Under the pieces are notes generated by a model that was given only the letters and a program-made list of their open reading frames with translations, searched no databases and was not told the DNA's origin. Source: Haliotis rubra (lineage: Eukaryota). Taken from it: 64,000 bases of DNA. This document shows positions 11,391 to 23,200 of the stretch, piece by piece. Each line of letters opens with the position of its first letter. The stretch's first letter is position 1. A program made the translations under genes and the position numbers. The DNA lies in NCBI RefSeq assembly GCF_003918875.1, contig NW_025765070.1, positions 1 through 64,000 of the forward strand, in the 5' to 3' direction.

Positions 11391-12931
11391 ATAGAGTCCA
11401 TAAATTTTTAAAGGTTATCAAATTAAGATGACACTACTCCCACTCTAAAAGGGATACGAAGGTGATACTTCAAAATAGACCAGATGTTTGTTTTCGTTTT
11501 CGTCTACTCTGCGAGTAGCAGACATCATGGTCGGTCTGTTGTCAAGGGTCATGTGTGCGTGGTAACATTTCCCAACCCCATACCGCAAGATTAACCACAT
11601 TTCAACATTCTTCCATATCCATGATATCACCAGGGATCACAAGATCTGACCCTAATTGGACATTAATGGGTTGAACAATATCGATTTGTGCAACGACGCC
11701 ATCTTCAGGCACATATCTCATCATCTGTTCCAGTCTTTGGGGTATATGTATCGGAACATTATCAAAACGTGTAATCCGGAATCTGATGGAGTCTTTGGGA
11801 AGACTGTGCCAGACAATCATCAGCTCTAACGGTGGTCATACCCGTTTCTTACAATCTTCGACCTTGACCTGTCTCCTTGTATTTCTTCCACACAGCCTCT
11901 TCCTTTTATGAAACTCAACATGTGTAACAATGCTTTGAACTGTGTCTGCCTTTGGGAAGACTGAGCCAGACTAGCGCTAATTGTGGACATAACCGTTTCT
12001 GACAATCTTTGACCCGTCTTCTTGTAAAATGTTTGGCACACCGCTTTTTTCTCCCCTTAATGATCTCAACATGTGTAACAATGCTTTGATTGTAATTGTT
12101 CTGGAACGCCTCTCTTTGCACTCATAAATATATGGGGGGAAAATCACCTATGCGATTCTTTTATTGAGTTATAAATTAGTATGCAAGCAATGTGAGCGGT
12201 GCTTGCTCCCGCAACGACAGGGCATGGTTACCTTTTCCACCGATGTCATCACCGATCCATTCCTGCAATTTTCATTGCTATACTCGTTACATGCTGTAAG
12301 GATCTGATGTCTGGGAGAAGTTCCAGTATATGTGGCCGACATCGAGACACGACTATGATTTATATATCAAAGCTATCTATAATGTCTAAGAAACACCATC
12401 TTTGGATCCGTTGTATTATTCATTCGTCATTCACTCACACCCTAAACGGGTATCATGGACTGTCACGAAACACATATGTAATTTGATGGTGGACACCAGA
12501 TTTCAGCCTTAACGATACTACTTTTGATTGACTGACTGATTCTTAGAACATTTTCAATATTTATTATCTTATAATAATCCTTAGAAAATTACATTCAACA
12601 CCTGATTGCCTCTGCACTGAAACTTGTTTCTGAATCCACAGGTTTGGCTTGAATACATTTCCATATTTGGTATTGTCCTTCTTCCTACTGGGTCCTCCAA
12701 GCGCTTTCCACAGGAGTTATCTCCTTTAACAGAAGCGTGGGGAAATTTCATAATTTTACAGTGGCACAGGTGCGTACATGTGTTTCGTTGTTCATGACAT
12801 TCAACCTCAGATGGGTGTTAAATAGCTAGCTCACCCAATGTTGTGGCTATCTTGTCACATGATTTGTGACATTAGGTATCCCTATCATGCAATTATTCTT
12901 GCTAGTCCCTGCCCCTTCTTCCCCACCAGAG

Positions 12932-13086
12932 AAGTATGGTTTTATGCAGCTTTTAGCAATATTCCAGCAATATCACACGGGGGAACCAGATATGGGCTTC
13001 ACACATTGTACCCATGTGGGGAATCGAACCCCCGTCTTCAGCATGACGAGCGAACGCTTTAACCACAAGGCTACCCCACCACCCCT
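12932..13086 (-). mobile_element. tRNA-derived SINE family B, second copy
   Basis: It is homologous to 9485-9646 and has the B-box GGTTCGATTCC. TSD CCCACCAGAG lies at 12922-12931 and 13087-13096. Confidence 0.9.
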
Positions 13087-13204
13087 CCCACCAGAGGAAG
13101 ACAAGGTGGGAAGATTTCTTAAACTTGGCCACATCCCGAGACCGTAGGTCATGAAGTCCCTAAACATCCGGGTTTACTTCTATGAAATCTGTCATGTTAA
13201 ACGT

Positions 13205-13345
13205 TTGCTAAGTTTTCTTGTTTACTGCTGCACACGACAATATTTCAGCTGTACATAAATTGCCTGCTAATAATTGAGCCTGCATCAGACAATCCAAGTC
13301 GGATCCAACGAAATGCTTCAACAGCAAGTCGGCAAACAAGACCAC
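13205..13345 (-). mobile_element. Old, degraded SINE family A fragment
   Basis: Residual motifs CAATATTTCAGCT, CAGACAATCCA and CAAGTCGGCAAAC...GACCACC occur in family A order. Confidence 0.5.
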
Positions 13346-14649
13346 CTCACCACATCAATGAACAAAATTTTGATAACACAAAATTTGGTATATTTATTCC
13401 TAAATCACCCTTGATTGCGGCAGTATGAATTCAGAAGGGATGAATTCAGAAGGGATGAAGTTACGGTAATAACTTCCCACACAATGTGTTACTGTGTGAA
13501 ACACATACTCACTGCATCTCAAATTTTCTACCCAAATCACGGAGATGTCTACAAAATGTACAAGTTCAATATGCTGGTCACGACTTTAATGTTAACCTTA
13601 AAACATTTTGGTAAGAACATTTGAGAGACATGATTGTGGAATGAGTTTAAATGTGTTTCTGAGATGTAAAATATGCAGATAGCTATATGAAAGGATATTC
13701 AGCTGACAACATAGTTTCAGTTCCAAATTCTTTTGTCAGTGGAACCAGCTTGTTGGGATTAATACCATCATCAAGTGTCAACTTACAACATGTGGTAAAT
13801 ATGTGAAGAAAGCACAATGTAATGCAGGTCTTAAACGTAAACGATCTGATGAAAACACCATCTCAAGTCTTTGTACAAAATTTATTCTCTTTTAAAATTC
13901 ATTTCAATAAAATCTTAAAACTTTGAAGCGTTTCACTTTTTCCAGTAGGTCTTATTGTTAACAGTGTTGTGCATTCTCTAGCCCAGTAAGCCAAGACTGA
14001 AGACTTGGGAATGTTCCCAGCACATAAAACTGATTAAAACATGGCTGACACAATACATACAAACTAAGTATTTTTGTAACATTTCTGGTTTATGTTTGTA
14101 TTTTGTATATTCCCACATATCAACACATGCTAATGCTAATATACAAAGATTATTAATACTGCATAAACATTCCAAAGTTACGAAGTTTATTATCTAGTTA
14201 AAAATAATGGCTGTCTCCTTAGTGAGCCCCATGTTCCCCTGAGCTCAGATCCAAATCTCCACCGATGACAATTTAAACATCCAGATGTCATTCATCAACA
14301 ACAATATTCAGTGTATAAGAAAAGCAGGAAATTGATCTATCAAAGAATATAAATACTGATTCATTAGGATACTCTATTAATGCTTAACTGGGATTATCTA
14401 TGATCTAGAGCACCAAACATTCAAACTCGGCAAATATACTACTCAACATTTTCTAAGCACCAAAAGCAATCTATGATCATGTGGTCCTTAGCAAATGTAG
14501 AGTAGTATAATTACATTCCTTTCTCTAAATCAACCTCTTACTTGACTAAAACATTTCAAATCAATATGCTATACTTTTGTAATAATAAAACAGAATGATA
14601 AATAAATAAAACCTTTTCAGTGAGTGTTGTGTTGGTGCATGTTGTACAC

Positions 14650-15089
14650 CCAGACTTGCCCATCCTTTGTCCGCATGTTGTGGGGCAGGGTGGTGTACTT
14701 CAGTCAGACTTGCCCCTCTGTTGCCTCCATGCCATGGGGCAGGGTGGTGTACTTCAGTCAGACTTGCCCCTCTGTTGCCCCCATGTTGTGGGGCAGGGTG
14801 GTGTACTTCAGTCAGACTTGCCCCTCTGTTGCCCCCATGTTGTGGGACAGGGTGGTGTACTTCAGTCAGACTTGCCCCTCTGTTGCCCCCATGTTGTGGG
14901 ACAGGGTGGTGTACTTCAGTCAGACTTGCCCCTCTGTTGCCTCCATGCCATGGGGCAGGGTGGTGTACTTCAGTCAGACTTGCCCCTCTGTTGCCCCCAT
15001 GTTGTGGGGCAGGGTGGTGTACTTCAGTCAGACTTGCCCCTCTGTTGCCCCCATGTTGTGGGGCAGGGTGGTGTACTTCAGTCAGACTT
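14650..15089. repeat. 54-bp minisatellite, ~8 copies
   Basis: Unit CAGACTTGCCCCTCTGTTGCCCCCATGTTGTGGGGCAGGGTGGTGTACTTCAGT. Confidence 0.95.
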
Positions 15090-16379
15090 TGTACACAAGA
15101 TTCCTATACAAGTGGAGTTTTCACATCCTAAATGCGATAACAGTGAATATGATTGCACAAAATACATAAATATGAAGGACAATGTATAGTTGTCAATAAA
15201 TAACAAGTGACTGTATAATGAATTTGACAGATGGAATATTATGAATTGATCTATGACTTAAAATAACCTTTTCATTCTTACAAGGTGTCTGTGGAAGAAT
15301 AGCCTCCCATGACAGAATGCAAAATAATTACAATAACCAGTAGCAGTAAACAAGACTACAATGAAATATGGGGAGTACATCTATAAGTGTTTGCATAAAA
15401 TTGCATAAATTAAGTACAGCTGACCAAAGTCTATTCATAAACATGTTGTAAATGAAACACACAATTTCAAATATGCAGGATGAGCACAGAAAAACAAACA
15501 GCAGCTGTGAATATTTACAATTCAATATCAAACACAAGCACAAACTACTATACTCACAACACTGTCTCACAAAGGGCAGTAGCTAAAATGCTGGCTGTTG
15601 CCCAGCCATCAAAACTAAATACTATCGCTTCTGGTAGATAGCAGTCTCAAATATCAATGTACGAACGAAATGACAAACTTCATCGTAGCAACTAATACAT
15701 TTTTCACTGCCTGGCACACATAATATATTAAAAGGAAAACACCTCAGGTTTGCACCATAGGTCAATAAAAACATACTGAGTATCAGAGCACCTGTTAACA
15801 CTAGACAAGTGAGAAAGTACCTCAATAAGACACATTGCGGCGGCGACAGCACTATACAGGTGACGAACAATCCTGTGCTTAGAGACTGCACTCGTCATGT
15901 CAGACTTACTTAGCCCACTATGGGAAGGAGGATCTGCTATCCTCACAACTGGCACATGGACTCACCCCAGGTTCCATGGTATCTTGGAATCAGATCAAAA
16001 TCTCTAATATGAAACAACTTTTCACTTTTTGCAAATCTAAGATTTACTTAAAACCTGACATGACATTGAAACAACATAATGCTGACTGGATGAAATGAAA
16101 TGAAAAACATGGACATCTTTTTGGTTGTGATTTTCCCTAAAACAGGGCGGATATGTTGTCGAAAGGGTGATGTGAAAACTGTCATGTTGAAACGCCAGGT
16201 CTTCCTCTGCAAGGTCCTTACTCAACCTGGAAAAACAAGTGAGAGATGTTGACATGAAGAACACAGCTGCAGCTGACGGGCGTTTCCACCAGGTGGACAC
16301 TACACACCAGGTTCTCATCTGACTGGAGTTTGTCAACAGGGAGACATATATAGAACCATTACATCCCCATAGAGGACCA

Positions 16380-16670
16380 TGATTTTGTCCGCCTTTAATG
16401 GAAAGTTTAACATGTCTCTTGTGCGAATGTTTCACCTCATACAAGCAATTAAGCTGGTTTTATAGTGCTAGCTCACTGAGATACCATACTGCAGTTAAGC
16501 ATGAACACCCCACCCAGACACATTATACTGACTCCGAGACGACCAGTCCTTGTTGTACCCATTAATGCCCCGTGCCAGGCAGGGACCAACAAGTACCATG
16601 TTTTAACGTGTTTTTAGTATGGTGCAGCCGGGGATCAAACCCGCGACCGTCCGCTCTCCAGGCAGACGTA
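16380..16670 (-). mobile_element. tRNA-derived SINE with a molluscan MESC/Meta-type central domain
   Basis: The minus strand has a B-box-like GGTTTGATCC, then AAAACATGGTACTTGTTGG...GCATTAA...GACTGGTCG...CAGTATAATGTGTC...CAGTGAGCTAGCACTATAAAA. The domain assignment is from recalled family consensus. Confidence 0.7.
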
Positions 16671-16726
16671 CAGGCAGAAAAATGCTAGAACAGTGACTTA
16701 GCCTGAAAGTGTAAAATGCTAGAACA

Positions 16727-18661
16727 ACAGGGCTGGACTTCAGCCTGTTTTACAAGTGTACCCTGATATCCTGACACAATAGTTCAACAATAGGGCTGAC
16801 TTCACCCTGTTTTACAAGTGTACCCTGATATCCTGACACAATAGTTCAACAATAGGGCCGACTTCACCCTGTTTTACAAGTGTACCTTGATATCCTGACA
16901 CAATAGTTCAACAACAGGGCTGGACTTCACCCTGTTTTACAAGTGTACCTTGATATCCTGACACAATAGTTCAACAATAGGGCTGACTTCACCCTGTTTT
17001 ACAAGTGTACCTTGATATCCTGACACAATAGTTCAACAATAGGGCCGACTTCACCCTGTTTTACAAGTGTACCTTGATATCCTGACACAATAGTTCAACT
17101 AGGGCTGGACTTCACCCTGTTTGATATCCTGACACAAAGTTCAACAATGCTGACTTCACCCTTTATTATAAGTGTACCTTGATATCCTGACACAATAGTT
17201 CAACAACAGGGCTGACTTCACCCTGTTTTACAAGTGTACCCTTGATATCCTGACACAATAGTTCAACAAAGGGCTGACTTCATAGGGGCTGACACAATAG
17301 TTCAACAATAGGGCTGACTTCACCCTTGTGTTTTACAAGTGATATCCTTGATATCCTGACACAATAGTTCAACAATAGTTCAACTGGACTTCACCCTGTT
17401 TTACAAGTGTACCTTGATATCCTGACACATCCTGACACAATAGTTCAACAATAGTGGTTGATATTCATAGGGGCTGACTTCCTGTTTAACAAGTGTACCC
17501 TGAGATCCTGAATCAACAATAGGGGCTGACTTCACCCTGTTTAACAAGTGTACCTTGATATCCTGACACAATAGTTCAACAATAGGGCTGACTTCACCCT
17601 GTTTAACAAGTGTACCCTGATATCCTGACAGAATACATGTTTAATAATAGGGTTGACTTCACCCTGTTTTACAAGTGTACCTTGATATCCTGACACAATA
17701 GTTTCAATAGGGTTGATAGGTTTTACAAGTGTACCTTGATATCCTGACACAATAGTTCAACAATAGGGCTGACTTCACCCTGTTTTACAAGTGTACCTTG
17801 ATATCCTGACACAATAGTTCAAAAATAGGGTTGATTTCACCCTGTTTTACAAGTGTACCTTGATATCCTGACACAATAGTTCAAAAATAGGGTTGACTTC
17901 ATGATATCCTGACACAATAGTTCAACAATAGGGCTGACTTCACCCTGTTTTACAAGTGTACCTTGATATCCTGACACAATAGTTCAACAATAGGGCCGAC
18001 TTCACCCTGTTTTACAAGTGTACCTTGATATCCTGACACAATAGTTCAACAACAGGGCTGGACTTCACCCTGTTTTACAAGTGTACCATGATATCCTGAC
18101 ACAATAGTTCAACAATAGGGCCGACTTCACCCTGTTTTACAACTGTACCTTGATATCCTGACACAATAGTTAAAAAATAGGGTTGATTTCACCCTGTTTT
18201 ACAAGTGTACCTTGATATCCTGACACTATAGTTCAACAATAGGACTGACTTCACCCTGTTTTACAAGTGTACCTTGATATCCTGACACAATAGTTCAACA
18301 ATAGAGCTGACTTCACCCTTTATTATAAGTGTACCCTGATATCCTGACACAATAGTTCAACAATAGGGCTGACTTCACCCTGTTTTACAAGTGTACCCTG
18401 ATATCCTGACACAATAGTTCAACAATAGGGCCTACTTCACCCTGTTTTACAAGTGTACCCTGATATCCTGACACAATAGTTTAACAATAGGGCTGACTTC
18501 ACCCAGTTTTACAACTGTACCTTGATATCCTGACACAATAGTTCAAAAATAGGACTGACTTCACCCTGTTTTACAAGTGTACCTTGATATCCTGACACAA
18601 TAGTTCAACAATAGGGCTGACTTCACCCTTTATTATAAGTGTACCTTGATATCCTGACACA
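16727..18661. repeat. 62-bp minisatellite, ~31 copies
   Basis: Unit GGGCTGACTTCACCCTGTTTTACAAGTGTACCTTGATATCCTGACACAATAGTTCAACAATA, scrambled in the middle of the array. Confidence 0.95.
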
Positions 18662-20081
18662 ACACGTTCATCCATCCTCTAGCTACTGTATCTTACACAA
18701 ACTTGATTTGAAATTCAAATTATACCTGTAGTAATATCACAAATCTACTATACTGTTTCTTTTCAGAAGATGGTTGTGGACAAACAATATATACTTAACA
18801 ATGGTAACAAGTAAATAAGTGAATGAGAGATGGTATCACTGAATGGTCTGTGACATTGCATTCCAGCTTCTCCACAACAGCCGGTCATAATCCACTTGGG
18901 ATCATTGAGTTAACTGTTCATAACAAAATACAAATCCTCCATTGACAACAGAAAGTTGAACTGCATACACAATGATTGCCTCAGACTGTACATCTGCTAC
19001 CTACCTTGATTCTCATCATAGTGGCATGTTAACGGAACTTTTTGAAAAGACTGTTCCAAAAACAATCTCCTAAAATGCCACACAGTAAGATCAAGGCACA
19101 CTGATTGCACCTTATCCTGTGACACAGAACACTCTTTGAGTTCTTTGTCTCCATGGTAACACTGTTCCATCATTACTGTTAATCAAGAGGTACAGCTTGT
19201 TCAGCATGACCTGAGCTACTCCACATGAGCATGACCCCGGAGGTCACTTCATTAAATAGGGGTCATGTTCTATTCGGCTGAGGGTTGGACTGGAAACACC
19301 AGTTGCTGTTGCTGCCTAAAAGCCCGAATCGGAAACATTAAACCATTTGTAGCTTCTTTTTAAAGAGTTAGGACATTGCTGAGACACTGAGATGTCAAAC
19401 GGCTACCTTGTCTCGGCTTTTCAGACATGTTGATAATCAACTGACAAAGGTACACCCCTTCACAATAATAGACGCAATGCATTAGTATTCACTTGATCAG
19501 GTCAAGCTGAACAAGCTGTATATCCACATCCATTTCTGACAAATGCACTAGTTTTTCTTCTAAACCATAATGGGAAAGAAATATTGCAATATAATGTCAA
19601 CCATCTCTTATGCCATAGGCTTTTCAAGTCATGCATATTTCATTTTCTGGGTAAAGTTGACATGAGAGAATGAAAAGGATATTATGAAATTCAGAAATGT
19701 GGATCTGATTCTGTGATCTAGAAAGTGAAACCACTTGAGACCAGCTTCTAATCTATATGTGACTATAATGTTTCAAAACATGTGTGTTATTCTTATTTCA
19801 GTTGATAACAAATACCAATGAGAGACAACATGCAATATACTGTGGTACATATTGCTATATATGAATCATTATTGCAATAAACTAGAATACGACAGTGTGC
19901 TCCATCACCAAACAGGAAACACAGGGTGAAGCAAACTAATTTCTTAATGTGAAAAACAAAGATGAAGCTATGTAATGATATTCCTGCTATGCCCAGTGGG
20001 TCAGACCCAAGCCATGGTGGTCGCCATCTCCCTCGTGTCGGACTTACCTCCCGGTAGGTGTTAGTTATAGCTATGCTAGTG

Positions 20082-20251
20082 TTAGTCCATGTCTGACAGC
20101 TTGAAACGGACTGAGAGGCCGTGCATGCTTTCTATGCTTACATGAGAGCTTTCAGCTGTTGCAGTAGTAGTTGTTGGGATTGTTGTTTTGCTCTCAGCAG
20201 CAACAACACCCTCATATTCAGAGCTCTTCTGATCACTGTCTACAGTTGGCG
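20082..20251 (-). CDS. CCDC9: CCDC9 last coding exon (APTVDSDQK...LSDMD*)
   Basis: The tcttatttcag acceptor is in phase 1, and the Ser/Thr-rich frame is open to TAA. Confidence 0.7.
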
Positions 20252-23200
20252 CTGAAATAAGATAATGCCATTTCATCACTACATGCACTCTCATGTAGAT
20301 GATCATGGTGTATACATGGACTAAACATCTTTCATCAGCATTTACAGCATCTTTGTCTGATATCAACTTAAAACTACACAAATCTTACTGCTTACAATAG
20401 CCCATGCAAGTAAAACAGATTTCTGTACACATCTCCAGTGCACGTACATGTACTGGGTAAACAAACAAACTGAAGTTTTAAACACATAATCACTATGAAT
20501 GTTTCAACAAAAACTAGAAAAGTGTTTGAGGCCCCACCTCATCATTTTCTGAATGCCTCAATTTTTTCCCATGAGAATAATTATTTATGTTTCATGAATC
20601 AATTTGACTTTACCAAATCAGGTACCAACTGCCGTCACCAATAGATGTTTTTCATCTTTTATCCCTGTGTTGTCAGTTGTGGTGGTATGCCTCTACCTTC
20701 CCTAATCACAAGTGATAAACACTTCTGGCTTCCTGACATCACCACTGGGTTAACATAATACATGCATCCAATGTAGAACAACTGGAAACAGGAAGTCCCT
20801 TGTACATAGTTGGGAAAACACAATGGCCAACAACCATGGTTCTAACAGTAGGTGGTATGTACCTCAGGAAGAGTACCACACCTAGTCTGGGAAAATAGGT
20901 CTTACACAGTGTCACATGCAGGGTCCACTTTAAAACTTCAGGTAAGAAAACTGAATTATACATTAGTTTAAAAATAATGTCAATTGCTGTACAATTAAAA
21001 ATAGAAACACCCCATGGTTTCAGCTACTATAATAACTGACTTAATAAACCTTACCCATATTCAGTGCCCAAACCTCAGGATGTGTGCCACATTTCACCCA
21101 ACTACATGCAACACTTGTTGAGTTATCATGAACATACAAGGTAATACATTTTTCAGTGTATGATATTCACCAGTTAACTGTGTCATGTGTGAGATGTCCC
21201 CTCTACCCCCTAATGTCTCACCAACCACCATGTGCAGGTGCACGCAGACTGGTCAGCGTCCTGACTGTTGCAATTCCACAGCAGATCAAACACTTGGGTT
21301 TTAACTCAAGAAAAGGGAGTTCCCTAACTGGCAGATATTTTTTGTCTCCTCTGTCAATTTTTGTTGTCTTGTCTTAAATGTTTCCCCTTTTTAAATCAAA
21401 TATTGGTGAAGCCTTTTTGATTATTTATGCCCTAAAGTATTACATTCTGAAAATGTGTTGAATTCACCTTACACACACCAGTCACTCACAGCCCATATCA
21501 GTCTGAGATTGTAAACATAAAAATACTTTTTAGTCCATTATCTTATGAGTGAAAAAATGAAATTTCCAATATCAATGAAATGTATTTAAAAAAACATTCC
21601 AAAGGCCTATTAAGTATATACACCAATCATGCTAATCCAGGTGTAATTCAATGTAACACATGATATGACTTATGAATGCCTTGCAACTACATTTTGCGGC
21701 TATAACAATAGGTATATATGTCCCAGATCTCTCTCCATGTATTTCCAGTAGGTTCAGTCAAATTTAGAAGAAAATTAAAGCATCCTCATTTACATGGAGG
21801 CTATTTCATGAGACAGAACTAGAGAGGACATTTTTCTGAAAAAGTAAGTAGCTCACCTTTTTCCTGCACCAACTGATTTGATTGTGACTGGTCTGACTTA
21901 TCAGTCAGAGGCGTCATATCTGGTTTAGCCATCTGCTGTGTGGACTGCTCACTTGCAGTCTCTGCTGCGGGTTCCTCTGACGTAACATCTGATGTGAGAT
22001 TCATTGCGGTGATGTCTGTTGTGGAAGCCACTGCTGTGGGTTGCACTGTCAGGGGTTCCGATGCTGTGGGTTCCACTGTCATGGCATCTGCCGTGGGTTC
22101 CACTGCCGTGACATCTGCTGTGGGTTCCACTGCCGTGACATCTGCTGTGGGTTCCACTGCTGTGGGTTCCCGATGCTGTGGGTTCCACTGCCATGGCATC
22201 TGCTTTGGGTTCCACTGATGAGGGTTCTACTCTTATTGCATCTGTTGCAGGATTTAATGGTGCAGCTGTCGCTGAAATTCCAGTTTCACAAGAAGATAGC
22301 GGTTGATCTATCAGGGATATTTCAGCCCCGCTATGTATATGACTATCAACTTCTTTCATTTCAACGACAGCACCATCACTGTTGGCAATAGTTTCATTGT
22401 TCCCTTCAGGTTCACTTAGCCTGTCAACCTTTGAGTCTGACTGGGCCTCATCTATAACTTTGTCTTTATGAACTGTGCTGACCTCTGTGTTCTGAGTAGA
22501 TGGGTCAGTCTCATCTTCAACATCCCCACAGCTACCAACAGTGCTTGATTTGGATTCAGGATTGTTTCCTACTTCCTCACTGGAGAGCTGAGATATCTCA
22601 GCCTCTCCCACATCTCCAGAAGCATCCAGGAATTCCTCTGAAGCTTCAGGGGCAGCAGAATCATGTGTTTCTTTCTCATCAATGTAACTGGCACTAAGTT
22701 CTTCTTCAGTAACTTTAGTGTCATATTTGGTAACTCCACCATGAGAAGAGCTCTTTCCTGAACTATTTGACTTATCTTTGGAGAGTGCTCTCTTACACTC
22801 ATCATTGTTTACCCCATCCATTGTCGGAGAGGGTGAAGTTGGGCTGAGATTTGAATTGACCTCAGTTACCCAATCCATTACTTTGACATGGCCTGGCGGT
22901 GTCTTCATGAACTCTGGTGATGTTGGAGTAAACTCTGGTGCATCTGGGTTCAATTTGCACTCCAGCTTTAGAGGCTCCTTATATCTGTCATCGCCATCTG
23001 CATAATCATCATCTGCATAAAACTCACTGTCCTCCGGACAATCTTCCCAAGACTCATCGTGCTCATTCTCATCGCCCAGACTGTGGCTGTGTGTGTGGCG
23101 ACGTTGATGACCACCAACACAGTTGTCGTCACCATCTTGACCTTCATCATGGTCATCAAACTGGTGGTCATCACGACGCCTACGAGCATGATTGGAATGG

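Noticed and set aside
14620-15189. Cys/Gly-rich ORFs in all three plus frames
   Set aside because: Artefact of the 54-bp repeat.
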